A stretch of DNA of 64,000 bases from an uncultured Gammaproteobacteria bacterium (GTDB lineage: Bacteria > Patescibacteriota > Microgenomatia > Daviesbacterales > UBA10151), in NCBI GenBank assembly GCA_964523905.1, contig CAZFYQ010000001.1:121739-185738 (forward strand), written 5' to 3'. The notes under the pieces are model-generated. The model had not been told where the DNA came from and made no database searches. It saw nothing but the letters and a program-made list of their open reading frames with translations. Position 1 is the first letter of the stretch, and the number at the start of each line of letters is the position of its first letter. Positions 1-9,002 of this stretch are shown piece after piece. Position numbers and translations under genes: made by a program.

Positions 1-1
1 C

Positions 2-472
2 TTTAAGCTGCGTAAATCCTTTTTCTACATTATGCTGTCTAGCTTTTTATTTGCCTGTGCTCAGGTGCTTTATAAATTTGGAGTAACAAAGGTTCCTTTT
101 TGGCAAACCTTGCCGTATGAGGGCCTTGGTATTGCTCTGGGAGCCTTAACAGTGTTGTTATACAAAAATAATTGGCAGAATTTTAAAAAACAAACTAAGA
201 AGTTCAAAAGTAGTGTCTATTTGCTAATGGGAATTAACGAATCAGCCTATGTTTTAGCCCGGTATGCAGGATACTTTGCTATCTCTTTAATTTCTGTTAG
301 TTTAGTAAGTGTTTTGGCAGAGACTCAACCGTTGTTTGTTTTATTATTTGGAATCGGCCTGTCGCTATTTTTTCCGCATATTATAAAAGAAGTGCTTAGC
401 AAACAAACTTTGGGTCTTAAATTTTTATCCGTAGTGTTAATTATTGTAGGATCTTATTTCATCTTTTTCTAA
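2..472 (+). CDS. EamA/DMT-family transporter, C-terminal part (5' end outside window)
   Basis: Frame open from position 2; five hydrophobic helices and a typical EamA ending (SLVSVLAETQPLFVLLFG...KEVLSK...LIIVGSYFIFF). Confidence 0.75.
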   Translation, partial: FKLRKSFFYIMLSSFLFACAQVLYKFGVTKVPFWQTLPYEGLGIALGALTVLLYKNNWQNFKKQTKKFKSSVYLLMGINESAYVLARYAGYFAISLISVSLVSVLAETQPLFVLLFGIGLSLFFPHIIKEVLSKQTLGLKFLSVVLIIVGSYFIFF

Positions 473-485
473 AGAGAACGTTAGT

Positions 486-1388
486 TCATTTTCTTTTAAT
501 AGTATATTTTTTTAGAAAGAAATTAGGTCCATAAGACATTTTTGATTGTCTTAAGCCCTCAATGCCCAGATCCTGCTCATGACTTAAATATTTACAACCC
601 TTCTCATGGAGATAAACTGCGGTGATATGTCTTAAATAGGGGTAGATGCCCTGAAAAGCAGTATCACCTTTCTCAAATAAGTTCATGGCATAACCATTTT
701 TTAATACTTCATTTACTGAAAAACCGATTAATTTTCCTTCATGATAAATTCCAATACAGAGCATGTCTAAGTGCTCGGCAAACTTAAATAACTTTTTTAT
801 AGCTGACAATTCATTTTCTACTTCTGATTGATCTTTACTCTTTAATTTCATCCAGGTCTCAAATAGATTGACCATCTCGTTTTGTACGACAATCTCTCTA
901 ATATCTATTATTTGGCTTGTAGTTTTGTAAAGTTTTTTAAATCTATTCACAAAATTTCTTTTGCCGCGGTGTTTTTTTCCCTGAAAAGTTAATGCCTCTT
1001 CTATCAGATAAATGTAATCAAAATTATCCCGGTCTTCTAAAACATCAAAATGGTTTAATAAGTCCGGATCAGCTTTTAAAGCTACTTCAGGAATTAATTT
1101 TAATCTTAGCTGAACACCGTCCTTATCAGACTGTTCCAATAGAGTTTTAATAGTATCTTTAACCTTGTTAATTCCGATGAAGGTATAAAACGGTTCGCTG
1201 GTAATATAATCTCTAAATTTAATAACTAGGTTACCATCTAAGGTTGAAATGTAGGTTTCTTCATCACCCCAACTCCAAAGGGAAGTGAAGTTAAAATCTG
1301 AATATGGTGGAAATTCAGAAATATATTCTTCGATATGATTTTTATCTTCTATAGAAAGTTTTTTAAACTCTGGAAAGGTAGGTAGCAT
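486..1388 (-). CDS. DUF2156 / aminoacyl-phosphatidylglycerol synthase C-terminal-like (GNAT fold) protein
   Basis: Motifs SDFNFTSLWSW, DRDNFDYIY, G.K...KRN.VNRF, FEKGD...GIY, EQDLGIEGLRQSKMSY.P. Confidence 0.8.
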   Translation of the reverse strand: MLPTFPEFKKLSIEDKNHIEEYISEFPPYSDFNFTSLWSWGDEETYISTLDGNLVIKFRDYITSEPFYTFIGINKVKDTIKTLLEQSDKDGVQLRLKLIPEVALKADPDLLNHFDVLEDRDNFDYIYLIEEALTFQGKKHRGKRNFVNRFKKLYKTTSQIIDIREIVVQNEMVNLFETWMKLKSKDQSEVENELSAIKKLFKFAEHLDMLCIGIYHEGKLIGFSVNEVLKNGYAMNLFEKGDTAFQGIYPYLRHITAVYLHEKGCKYLSHEQDLGIEGLRQSKMSYGPNFFLKKYTIKRK

Positions 1389-1411
1389 AATTAGTTATTA
1401 TATACTTTAAG

Positions 1412-1440
1412 TTGACTTTAAAATCCAATAGTGTTTTACT
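1412..1440 (+). promoter_or_regulatory. sigma70-type promoter, leaderless spacing
   Basis: TTGACT-17 bp-TTTACT (TG-extended), 6 nt before ATG 1447. Confidence 0.5.
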
Positions 1441-1446
1441 GAAGGT

Positions 1447-2265
1447 ATGCATGTAGATACTATTAAAAAAGATTGGGCGGCTAGGGTAGTCGCCATTTTT
1501 TTCCTGTTACAAACTATTTGGTGGATAAGCATTTTTGTTTCAGGGCTTAAAGAAACTTCACAAAATTATCTATTTGCCGCTACTTATGGGTTGATTTGTA
1601 TTTGGGGAGCAGGATGGGGATTTATTATCTCCAAAAAATGGGGGGGTTTTTCCTCGGTTTTGGGTAGATCACTGATCTTTTTATCTTTAGGTCTGCTAGC
1701 CCAGGAGTTTGGGCAATTAGTTTTCAGTTATTATAATGTTTTTCTTCATGTTGAAGTACCTTATCCCTCAGTAGCAGACATTGGTTTTTTTGGAACAATT
1801 CCTTTTTACATCTATGGGATTTGGTTAATGGCTAGAGCATCGGGGGCTAGATTTTCTTTAAAAAGTTTAGGAAATCAAATTCAGGCATTCTTAATTCCGG
1901 CTGTGATATTAACTGCTTCTTACTTATTCTTTCTTAAAGATTATACCTTTGACTATAGTCATCCTTTACAGATCTTTTTAGATTTTGGATACCCCCTGGG
2001 AGAAGCTTTTTATGTATCTCTGGCGATATTAACTTATACACTATCAAGAAATTTGTTAGGTGGGATCATGAAAAGTAAAGTTCTATTTATTGTAGCTGCC
2101 TTTGCAGCTCAATATACTGCTGAGTTTAATTTTCTTTATCAAAATAGTAAAGGTACCTGGATTAATGGGGGATATGGAGACTATTTATACTTTTTATCAT
2201 ATACAATTATGGTACTGGGAATTATCCAGTTTGGTCATGTTGAAACTCAGCTAAGATCTGAGTAA
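1447..2265 (+). CDS. Multi-pass (7-8 TM) membrane protein, probable stand-alone sensor module
   Basis: Hydrophobic helices; VPYPSVADIGF and LDFGYPLG motifs resemble membrane input domains of kinases/cyclases; first gene of an operon with a histidine kinase. Confidence 0.6.
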   Translation: MHVDTIKKDWAARVVAIFFLLQTIWWISIFVSGLKETSQNYLFAATYGLICIWGAGWGFIISKKWGGFSSVLGRSLIFLSLGLLAQEFGQLVFSYYNVFLHVEVPYPSVADIGFFGTIPFYIYGIWLMARASGARFSLKSLGNQIQAFLIPAVILTASYLFFLKDYTFDYSHPLQIFLDFGYPLGEAFYVSLAILTYTLSRNLLGGIMKSKVLFIVAAFAAQYTAEFNFLYQNSKGTWINGGYGDYLYFLSYTIMVLGIIQFGHVETQLRSE

Positions 2266-2273
2266 TTAAAATT

Positions 2274-2552
2274 ATGGATCCTTATGTAGAGGCGGTTAGC
2301 CGAATAATTAAGGAACAGCAGTCAATTATTGGTCCGATCGCAGTTGATCAGGCTAATAAGGTGACTGGACTTTCGGTTGGAGCAGGAAATGACGTTAAAA
2401 TTTCCGGTGATAAAAAAACCGTTTTAACTAATTTGGTCAATCAATACGCCAAGTTGTTTGGCCAGGCTTCAATTGAAGTATGTAAGGAAGCTATCGAACC
2501 ATTCAGAGATAAAATCGCAGTCACTGATATTCCCGATATTCTTAAAAACTGA
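2274..2552 (+). CDS. Small helical hypothetical protein (IIGPIA motif) coupled to histidine kinase
   Basis: 92-aa ORF tightly packed between the membrane protein and kinase, plausible composition. Confidence 0.7.
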   Translation: MDPYVEAVSRIIKEQQSIIGPIAVDQANKVTGLSVGAGNDVKISGDKKTVLTNLVNQYAKLFGQASIEVCKEAIEPFRDKIAVTDIPDILKN

Positions 2553-2580
2553 CCAAGTCAAACTGTGATATATTTATCTA

Positions 2581-3927
2581 ATGATATCCGAGGATAAGAT
2601 CCAAAGTTATTTAAAACTGCAGCAGTTGGTGCTAGATACTGAAGATAGTACCAAATTGCTGGAACAGTTTCTTCCAGCAGTATTAGGGGATTTAAATTTA
2701 GTGGGTTTTTCTGATATTTTTCTCTCAGCAATTTTTATTAATTCCGCAGGTGGTCTTAAAGAGAGTTTTTTTACTGATCTGGCTAATACCCAAATGGCTC
2801 AGGTAACCAATCCGGACAGTTTCTTTCAAAAAGGTAGTGAATGGGAAATGAAAGTCATGTACGGAGAAGCAGCGGTCATAGCTGATACAACTACTTTTAT
2901 TAACCCGGCTTATCCGGAAATCTCTAAAATTCATTCCTTGCTGGTGTTACCAATCCAACACGCTAAAAAACTTTCCGGCATTTTAATTTTAGCTAGCACA
3001 AAAAATGCCGATCGAATTACTGCTGAAGAAATTGAGTATGGTCAAATGATTACCCGTTTGGTGAATATTTCATTTCGGCTTCAGGATACAGAGTCATCTT
3101 TAACCAAGATTACCCAACAAGTATATGAAATGAATGCAAAGTTATATGAATTAGACAAGCTAAAAGATGATTTTGTCTCGGTTGCCTCTCATGAACTGCG
3201 GACCCCCATGACTGCAATCCGCTCTTATGTCTGGATGGCTTTGCACCGTTCAGATGTGCCGGTTTCCCAAAAAATGGAAAGATACTTATATCGGACCATG
3301 GTTTCCACAGAAAGGCTAATTAATTTGGTTAATGATATGTTAAATGTTTCGCGTATTGAATCAGGACATATTGAAATAACTCCCAAAGCTTTTGATATTG
3401 TGGCATTAGTGAAAGATGTGATGGAGGAAGTTAAAGTTAAAGCAGATGAAAAAAGATTGGGACTAGTGGTATTTGAGCACCGCTTACCTTTGGTATTTGC
3501 TGATCCGGATAAAGTACATCAGGTGCTGCTTAATTTAATCGGTAATTCTCTAAAATTTGCCTATCCCGGAGGTAGTATTACAATTGATTTTTTTAGTGAC
3601 GGAAAAATGATTGAAGTGGCGGTTAAAGATAACGGGGTGGGGATTTCCAAAGAGGATTTGGCAAAATTATTTCATAAATTCGGCAGACTGGATAATTCAT
3701 ATGTATCAATTTCCACCTCTGGTGGAACTGGTCTGGGGCTTTATATTTCTCGAAGCCTAGTAGATTTGATGAAGGGTAAAACTTGGGCTAGTTCTGAGGG
3801 TCGCGATAAAGGTTCTACTTTTACCTTTTCCTTGCCTATTGCCAGCGAGCAGGTGTTACAACATTCTGACAGTTTTAAAGTAGCAGCTAATGGTTCGGCT
3901 AAAACTCTAGAACCGGTTGCAATTTGA
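2581..3927 (+). CDS. Cytoplasmic sensor histidine kinase (GAF-like, HisKA, HATPase_c)
   Basis: H box FVSVASHELRTPMT, N box QVLLNLIGNSLKF, G1 VKDNGVGI, G2 GGTGLGLYI; GAF-like SLLVLPIQ..GILIL. Confidence 0.93.
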   Translation: MISEDKIQSYLKLQQLVLDTEDSTKLLEQFLPAVLGDLNLVGFSDIFLSAIFINSAGGLKESFFTDLANTQMAQVTNPDSFFQKGSEWEMKVMYGEAAVIADTTTFINPAYPEISKIHSLLVLPIQHAKKLSGILILASTKNADRITAEEIEYGQMITRLVNISFRLQDTESSLTKITQQVYEMNAKLYELDKLKDDFVSVASHELRTPMTAIRSYVWMALHRSDVPVSQKMERYLYRTMVSTERLINLVNDMLNVSRIESGHIEITPKAFDIVALVKDVMEEVKVKADEKRLGLVVFEHRLPLVFADPDKVHQVLLNLIGNSLKFAYPGGSITIDFFSDGKMIEVAVKDNGVGISKEDLAKLFHKFGRLDNSYVSISTSGGTGLGLYISRSLVDLMKGKTWASSEGRDKGSTFTFSLPIASEQVLQHSDSFKVAANGSAKTLEPVAI

Positions 3928-3957
3928 GGCTAAATATCCTATAATTGTAACAATAAA

Positions 3958-5034
3958 ATGAATGCACAGGATCTGGAATTTGAGGGTACCGCGAAAAATA
4001 GCACTCTTCAGGAGTGTTCCGATGGTTGGAAACCAATTGCCGGAATCGCTTCTGCTTTTCAACAAACTCAAGTACTGGGAGTAGCAGTTAATCGAGGAAT
4101 ATTCACTGAAATTTCTAGATTTGGCAGAACTGATGCTGAAGCTCTTAGCCATTCTTTAGATCTGGCTGTTAGACCGGTGTCAGCAGTCCTCACTTGTTTA
4201 ACCAGTATGGGGTTAACTCAAAAAGAAGGGGATTTATATGTTAATTCGCCAGCAGCTGATGAATTTTTAGTAAAGCAAAGACCCTATTATTTGGGTGGGT
4301 ATATTAGTTTTGTGATTGATCGTTTATGGGATAAGTGGGGCAGACTTGATCAGGAATTAGAAAAAAGCGGCCAATTTGATCCAGTAAATATGTATGAAGA
4401 ATTTGATAATGATCCGGTTAAAAAAAGAACTTTTTTTGAAGGAATGCATGCTCGGGGTTTATTAACTGGTCAAGTTTTGGTTAGGGCTTTAAACTTTGGA
4501 GATATACTAACACTAAGGAGTGCTCCTTTACTGGATTTAGGAGGTGGCACAGGTGCAGTTAGCCTGCAAATAGCCAGAAGCAATCCTGATCTAAATGTGA
4601 TTGTTTTAGATCGCCCGTCTACCTTGGAGATTACCGAGGAAAAAATTGCTGAGGCTGGTTTAGTAAATCGGGTTTCTGCTAAAGCCGGTGATCTTTTTGA
4701 AGGTCCATTGCCAGAAAATGGTGCCACTATTATTTCCCGGGTGGTCTGTGATTGTACAGAGCAAGAAAGTTTAAGCATCCTGGAAAGAGTTAACAAGGCA
4801 TTGCCACCAGGGGGTATCTGCGTCATTAGCGAGTTAACTTTAAATGATGATAGAACAGGACCGGCCTCTTCCGCATTTGCAGCTTTAAACATGCTACTAG
4901 AAACCCGAGGAGAGGGGACTACTGGTGAAGAATATGTAGACAGACTGAAGTTTGCTGGTTTTACTGATATCAGAAGAATTCCAGTTGATTCTTTGGGGGT
5001 TAATGAGTTGATTATTGGACAAAAAGCTGCTTGA
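3958..5034 (+). CDS. SAM-dependent O-methyltransferase (Methyltransf_2 with N-terminal dimerisation domain)
   Basis: LLDLGGGTG SAM motif, GDLFEGPLP, ALPPGG; wHTH-like N-terminus. Confidence 0.88.
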   Translation: MNAQDLEFEGTAKNSTLQECSDGWKPIAGIASAFQQTQVLGVAVNRGIFTEISRFGRTDAEALSHSLDLAVRPVSAVLTCLTSMGLTQKEGDLYVNSPAADEFLVKQRPYYLGGYISFVIDRLWDKWGRLDQELEKSGQFDPVNMYEEFDNDPVKKRTFFEGMHARGLLTGQVLVRALNFGDILTLRSAPLLDLGGGTGAVSLQIARSNPDLNVIVLDRPSTLEITEEKIAEAGLVNRVSAKAGDLFEGPLPENGATIISRVVCDCTEQESLSILERVNKALPPGGICVISELTLNDDRTGPASSAFAALNMLLETRGEGTTGEEYVDRLKFAGFTDIRRIPVDSLGVNELIIGQKAA

Positions 5035-5060
5035 CAAAGTCTTAGGAAAAGAACTACATT
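5031..5060 (+). promoter_or_regulatory. sigma70-type promoter, leaderless spacing
   Basis: TTGACA-18 bp-TACATT, 7 nt before ATG 5068. Confidence 0.5.
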
Positions 5061-5067
5061 AAATTTA

Positions 5068-6090
5068 ATGCTGCCCTTTATTAAAAAAAACCTGCAAAAA
5101 GGTGTTTCGCCAATCTTCATAGTTGTAATACTGGCAGTGGTGGCAATTGCCGGATTTGTTGGCTATAACCAAATTCAGCAAAATTCAAAACCAAAAGTTT
5201 TACCAGTAGTACCTTTAATAACCACCAATAGTACGGGTACTGGTTTAGAAGCCAAAATTATTGAAAAATATGGTTTGGATAAAAAGAATGGTTTTGTTCT
5301 TGATTCCAAGCATTATTTTCCTGGAGATTTAGAAAGAAGAATCGGTGACCGGGAAACTGATATTGGAGATTTTGGACTAATTGCCCTAGGTGCACCTTTG
5401 CAAGGTAAAAAACCTTTGAAAGTATTACTGGCTACCTATCATGCCAATCATTTGATTGTAGTTCCTAATAATTCACCAATTAAAACAGTGGCTGATTTAA
5501 AAGGGAAAACCATTGCCATGCAGCCTAAAGGCGCTGCCGGCTATGTTACTTTTGCCGTAACAATGCGTGAATATGGCATTAATATTGATAAAGACGATAA
5601 ACTGCTTTTTGGTAGTAACCCAGAAATTGTCGACTTTTTAGTTAAAGGTGACGCGGATGCTGCGATCATGTCCCATCCATCAATTACCGCCACATTATTA
5701 ACCGGTAAATACCGGGTGATTGGTAAAATGGAAGACCTCTGGAAAGCTAAAACCGGTCGTTCTCAACCGTTTGTGGTACTGGTAGCTTATGATGATTGGA
5801 TTACCCAACATAAAGATTTAGCTAAGAGTGTAATCGCGGCCTATACAGAAGCAGCTCAATTGATTAAACAACGTCCTGAAGTCTTGACTGAAGACACTGA
5901 CTTTTTAGCTGCCATGGGTGTTAAATCTGATGCAGCCAAAAAGATGATTCAGGACAATTTACAGTCAGATTATTACACGGAGTGGAATGATCAGGTAGCA
6001 GGTGATGTTAAATTCTTATTACAAAAATCAATTGATGCCGGTCTTTTCCCTAAAGATATTAATTTAGACGATGTTATTGCTAAACTATAA
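5068..6090 (+). CDS. Solute-binding protein, SsuA/NMT1/THI5-like
   Basis: SPIKTVADLKGKTIA and LVKGDADAAI motifs; N-terminal membrane anchor. Confidence 0.85.
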   Translation: MLPFIKKNLQKGVSPIFIVVILAVVAIAGFVGYNQIQQNSKPKVLPVVPLITTNSTGTGLEAKIIEKYGLDKKNGFVLDSKHYFPGDLERRIGDRETDIGDFGLIALGAPLQGKKPLKVLLATYHANHLIVVPNNSPIKTVADLKGKTIAMQPKGAAGYVTFAVTMREYGINIDKDDKLLFGSNPEIVDFLVKGDADAAIMSHPSITATLLTGKYRVIGKMEDLWKAKTGRSQPFVVLVAYDDWITQHKDLAKSVIAAYTEAAQLIKQRPEVLTEDTDFLAAMGVKSDAAKKMIQDNLQSDYYTEWNDQVAGDVKFLLQKSIDAGLFPKDINLDDVIAKL

Positions 6091-6099
6091 AATGATTTC

Positions 6100-8160
6100 A
6101 TGTTTGATTCAGAAAAACAGCGTATTTTCCCGCTAGCTTCAAATCCGATCTGGCTAAATCTGGTTGTTGTAATAGCAACCAGTATTTTTTTGGCATCCGT
6201 TGGCTACTTTTTATTGTTACCGGCGATTGATCAGGCTCAAAAAAACGCCATTGATTTCCAGCATGCCTATGCAGTTCATACTAAAGATTTAATCGATCTA
6301 TATGCAAAAAATAAATTAGAAAGTATGAAATTTTTAGGTAGCCAGATTTTAGTTAATCAAAAAGATCCCTCCAGTGTGGATAAATTAGTACAACTGTTTT
6401 TTAACAGCCGGACCGATTTTTTAACAGTAGAAGTATATGATTTAAAGGGTACTCCAATTGTGAATTTAACTAGAGATTCATCTGCTTCTGGTTTCGCAAA
6501 TGTGGTTGCTGTCGACTCAATTTTCTTTTCCAAGGCTTTAAGTGATGATATTTACTTTAGCCCGGTTTATCATACTGATAAAGGGCCGGTAATTAAAGTT
6601 TCGGCACCTTTACAGCAAAATGGACAAACAGAGGCGGTGATGATTAGTGAGATTAATTTAAGTTTGCTGCAGCAAATTGCTAATACTCCGGTAATTGAAA
6701 ATGGTAAAGTTTATATTACTGATCAAAACGGCACTTTAATTGCTGACCCTGATCCTCAAAGAGCCTCTTCCGGTATTGATCTTAAATATCGAGAGATTGT
6801 GCAAAGGTTAGTTAGTGGTGAAGAAGTCATTCCTCAAAGCAGTTACAAAAATGAAAATGGTATAAAAACACTCGCTTCCGGATTAAAGGTACCGGTTACT
6901 GATTGGAATGTGGTGGTAGAACAATCGGAGCAAGAGGCGTTTTCGCAAAAAAATCAGACAATTCTGGCTACTGGGGCTTTTACTTTAGGTAGTTTTGTTT
7001 TGATAGCACTTCTTTTAATAGGAGCAATTAGGTTAAATAGTACTTTAATTAGTTTACGCCATGAAGAAAAAAAGTTATTAGGGGAAAAGGATAAGCTTTC
7101 CCTGACTCTTTCTGCAATTACAGATGGTGTAATTGCTGTTGATTTAAGTAGAAATATTATCATTTTTAATCGGGCAGCAGAGAAATTAACCGGCTACCAT
7201 GTAGGTGAGGTTTTAGGAAAAAATATTGATGATGTTATCAAAGTGTTTGACCGTGGGGAAGGTCAAATACCCAGCTCGGTTTATTGTCCCATTTCGCTAA
7301 ATACTACAGAAGAAGGGATTATTTATTCAAGAAATGATCTTAAAATAATTACTAATACCAAAGAAGCATTTGTTAATATGCTATCCGGTCAAATTAAAGA
7401 AAGTACTGAATCTAATTTAGGTTCTATTTTGACCTTACATAATGTGTCACAAGAAAGACAACTCGAAGAAATGAAACTGGATTTTGTTTCCATGGCTGCC
7501 CATGAGCTGAGAACGCCGTTAACTGCTATTAAAGGTTATGTTTATATTTTTATAAAAGATTACATGAAGCAAATGAATGAAAAACAAGCGACCATGTTAC
7601 AAAGGTTAAGTATTTCTGCGCAAAAATTGTCTACTTTGGTAGAAAATTTACTGAGTATTTCCCGGATTGAAAGCGGATCTTTAACTGTTAATTTACAGCC
7701 TACTGATTGGATTGAAAGTGTAAAAAGTACCATCCTGGAAGTAGAACCGCAAATTAAAGATAAAAAATTAGAATTCACAGCTGATCTGCCACAGTTTTTA
7801 CCTAAGGTGTATGTTGATCCGCTTAGAATTGAAGAGGTTTTATCAAACCTGTTAACCAATGCTGTAAGCTACACGGCACCGGGCGGTAAAGTTAGGGTTT
7901 GGGTAGAACAACAAGGTCAGGAGATTATTACTCATGTTTCAGATACTGGTGAAGGAATACCCGAAGAAGCTTTGCCGCATATTTTTACTAAATTTTTTAG
8001 GGTATCAGGTTCTTTGGAACAGGGATCTAAGGGTACTGGTTTAGGTCTGTATATTGCAAAGTCAATTATTAACATGCATCATGGAAGAGTGTGGGTGCAG
8101 TCAGAGTTTGGAAAGGGATCTACCTTCAGTTTTGCTTTACCCGTTTTCAAGCAAGGATAA
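6100..8160 (+). CDS. Membrane sensor histidine kinase (TM-dCache-TM-PAS-HisKA-HATPase_c)
   Basis: Cache motifs VYITDQNGTLIA and DWNVVVEQ; PAS ITDGVIAVD..FNRAAEKLTGY; H box AAHELRTPLT; G2 KGTGLGLYI. Confidence 0.94.
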   Translation: MFDSEKQRIFPLASNPIWLNLVVVIATSIFLASVGYFLLLPAIDQAQKNAIDFQHAYAVHTKDLIDLYAKNKLESMKFLGSQILVNQKDPSSVDKLVQLFFNSRTDFLTVEVYDLKGTPIVNLTRDSSASGFANVVAVDSIFFSKALSDDIYFSPVYHTDKGPVIKVSAPLQQNGQTEAVMISEINLSLLQQIANTPVIENGKVYITDQNGTLIADPDPQRASSGIDLKYREIVQRLVSGEEVIPQSSYKNENGIKTLASGLKVPVTDWNVVVEQSEQEAFSQKNQTILATGAFTLGSFVLIALLLIGAIRLNSTLISLRHEEKKLLGEKDKLSLTLSAITDGVIAVDLSRNIIIFNRAAEKLTGYHVGEVLGKNIDDVIKVFDRGEGQIPSSVYCPISLNTTEEGIIYSRNDLKIITNTKEAFVNMLSGQIKESTESNLGSILTLHNVSQERQLEEMKLDFVSMAAHELRTPLTAIKGYVYIFIKDYMKQMNEKQATMLQRLSISAQKLSTLVENLLSISRIESGSLTVNLQPTDWIESVKSTILEVEPQIKDKKLEFTADLPQFLPKVYVDPLRIEEVLSNLLTNAVSYTAPGGKVRVWVEQQGQEIITHVSDTGEGIPEEALPHIFTKFFRVSGSLEQGSKGTGLGLYIAKSIINMHHGRVWVQSEFGKGSTFSFALPVFKQG

Positions 8161-8567
8161 TGATGAAGAAGATTTTGCTAGTGGAAGATGAATTTTTCAT
8201 GGCTGATTTGTATAAAAGAATTTTGGAAAAGGGTGGCTTTGAAGTCACTGTAGCAATTAATGGCCTTCAGGGATTTGAATTGGCAAACCAGGGATTTGAC
8301 TTAATTTTATTAGATATTATGTTACCGAAATTAAACGGCTTACAGCTTTTAAAAAAATTAAAAACAGAGCAGCCACTTAACAAAACTCCTGTGGTTTTAC
8401 TTAGTAATTTAGGTCAGGCTAATATAATTAAAGAAGCTTATGAACTGGGAGCTCAGGGATATTTTCTAAAGGTTAGTTTAAAGCCCCAGGAGTTAATTAA
8501 ACAGGTTAATTTGTTTTTACAAGACCCGCAGTATAAGATGGATTTTCACAAATTGGCATTTGACTAA
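8160..8567 (+). CDS. Single-domain response regulator (receiver only)
   Basis: KILLVEDE, DLILLDIMLP, LLSN, GAQGYFLK; start moved to ATG overlapping the kinase stop. Confidence 0.92.
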   Translation: MMKKILLVEDEFFMADLYKRILEKGGFEVTVAINGLQGFELANQGFDLILLDIMLPKLNGLQLLKKLKTEQPLNKTPVVLLSNLGQANIIKEAYELGAQGYFLKVSLKPQELIKQVNLFLQDPQYKMDFHKLAFD

Positions 8568-8612
8568 AAAAGTCTTTTCCGCTACGCTATCACTGCTACA
8601 TAAAATATTAAT

Positions 8613-9002
8613 ATGGATAACAAAAAAAGAATTTTAGTCATTGAAGACGATCAATTTTTAAGAGAATTTTATCAGGAATTATTACAAGGTGAGGGTTATG
8701 TGGTGGAAGTTGCTCCTGATGGGGAAATTGGTTTACAACTTTTGCAAAATAACCATTATGATCTTAAGTTGTTAGATATTATGCTTCCCAAAAAAGACGG
8801 GCTACAGGTGTTAAGAGATTTAAAAATTAACCCGGGTAAGTCCAAAGAATCTCCCATTGTAGTGTTAACCAATTTAGGCCAGGATACAATTATTAAACAG
8901 GCCTTTGCACTTGGCGCCTCTGGTTATTTAATTAAATCTGCTCTTAGCCCTGATCAAGTACTTAAAGAAATAGCCAGCTATTTACAAAAAACTGCTCAAT
9001 GA
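8613..9002 (+). CDS. Single-domain response regulator (receiver only)
   Basis: RILVIEDD, LLDIMLPKKDG, VLTN, GASGYLIK. Confidence 0.93.
   Translation: MDNKKRILVIEDDQFLREFYQELLQGEGYVVEVAPDGEIGLQLLQNNHYDLKLLDIMLPKKDGLQVLRDLKINPGKSKESPIVVLTNLGQDTIIKQAFALGASGYLIKSALSPDQVLKEIASYLQKTAQ

Noticed and set aside
4470-5120. 216-aa antisense ORF
   Set aside because: Lies opposite a well-supported methyltransferase, no motifs
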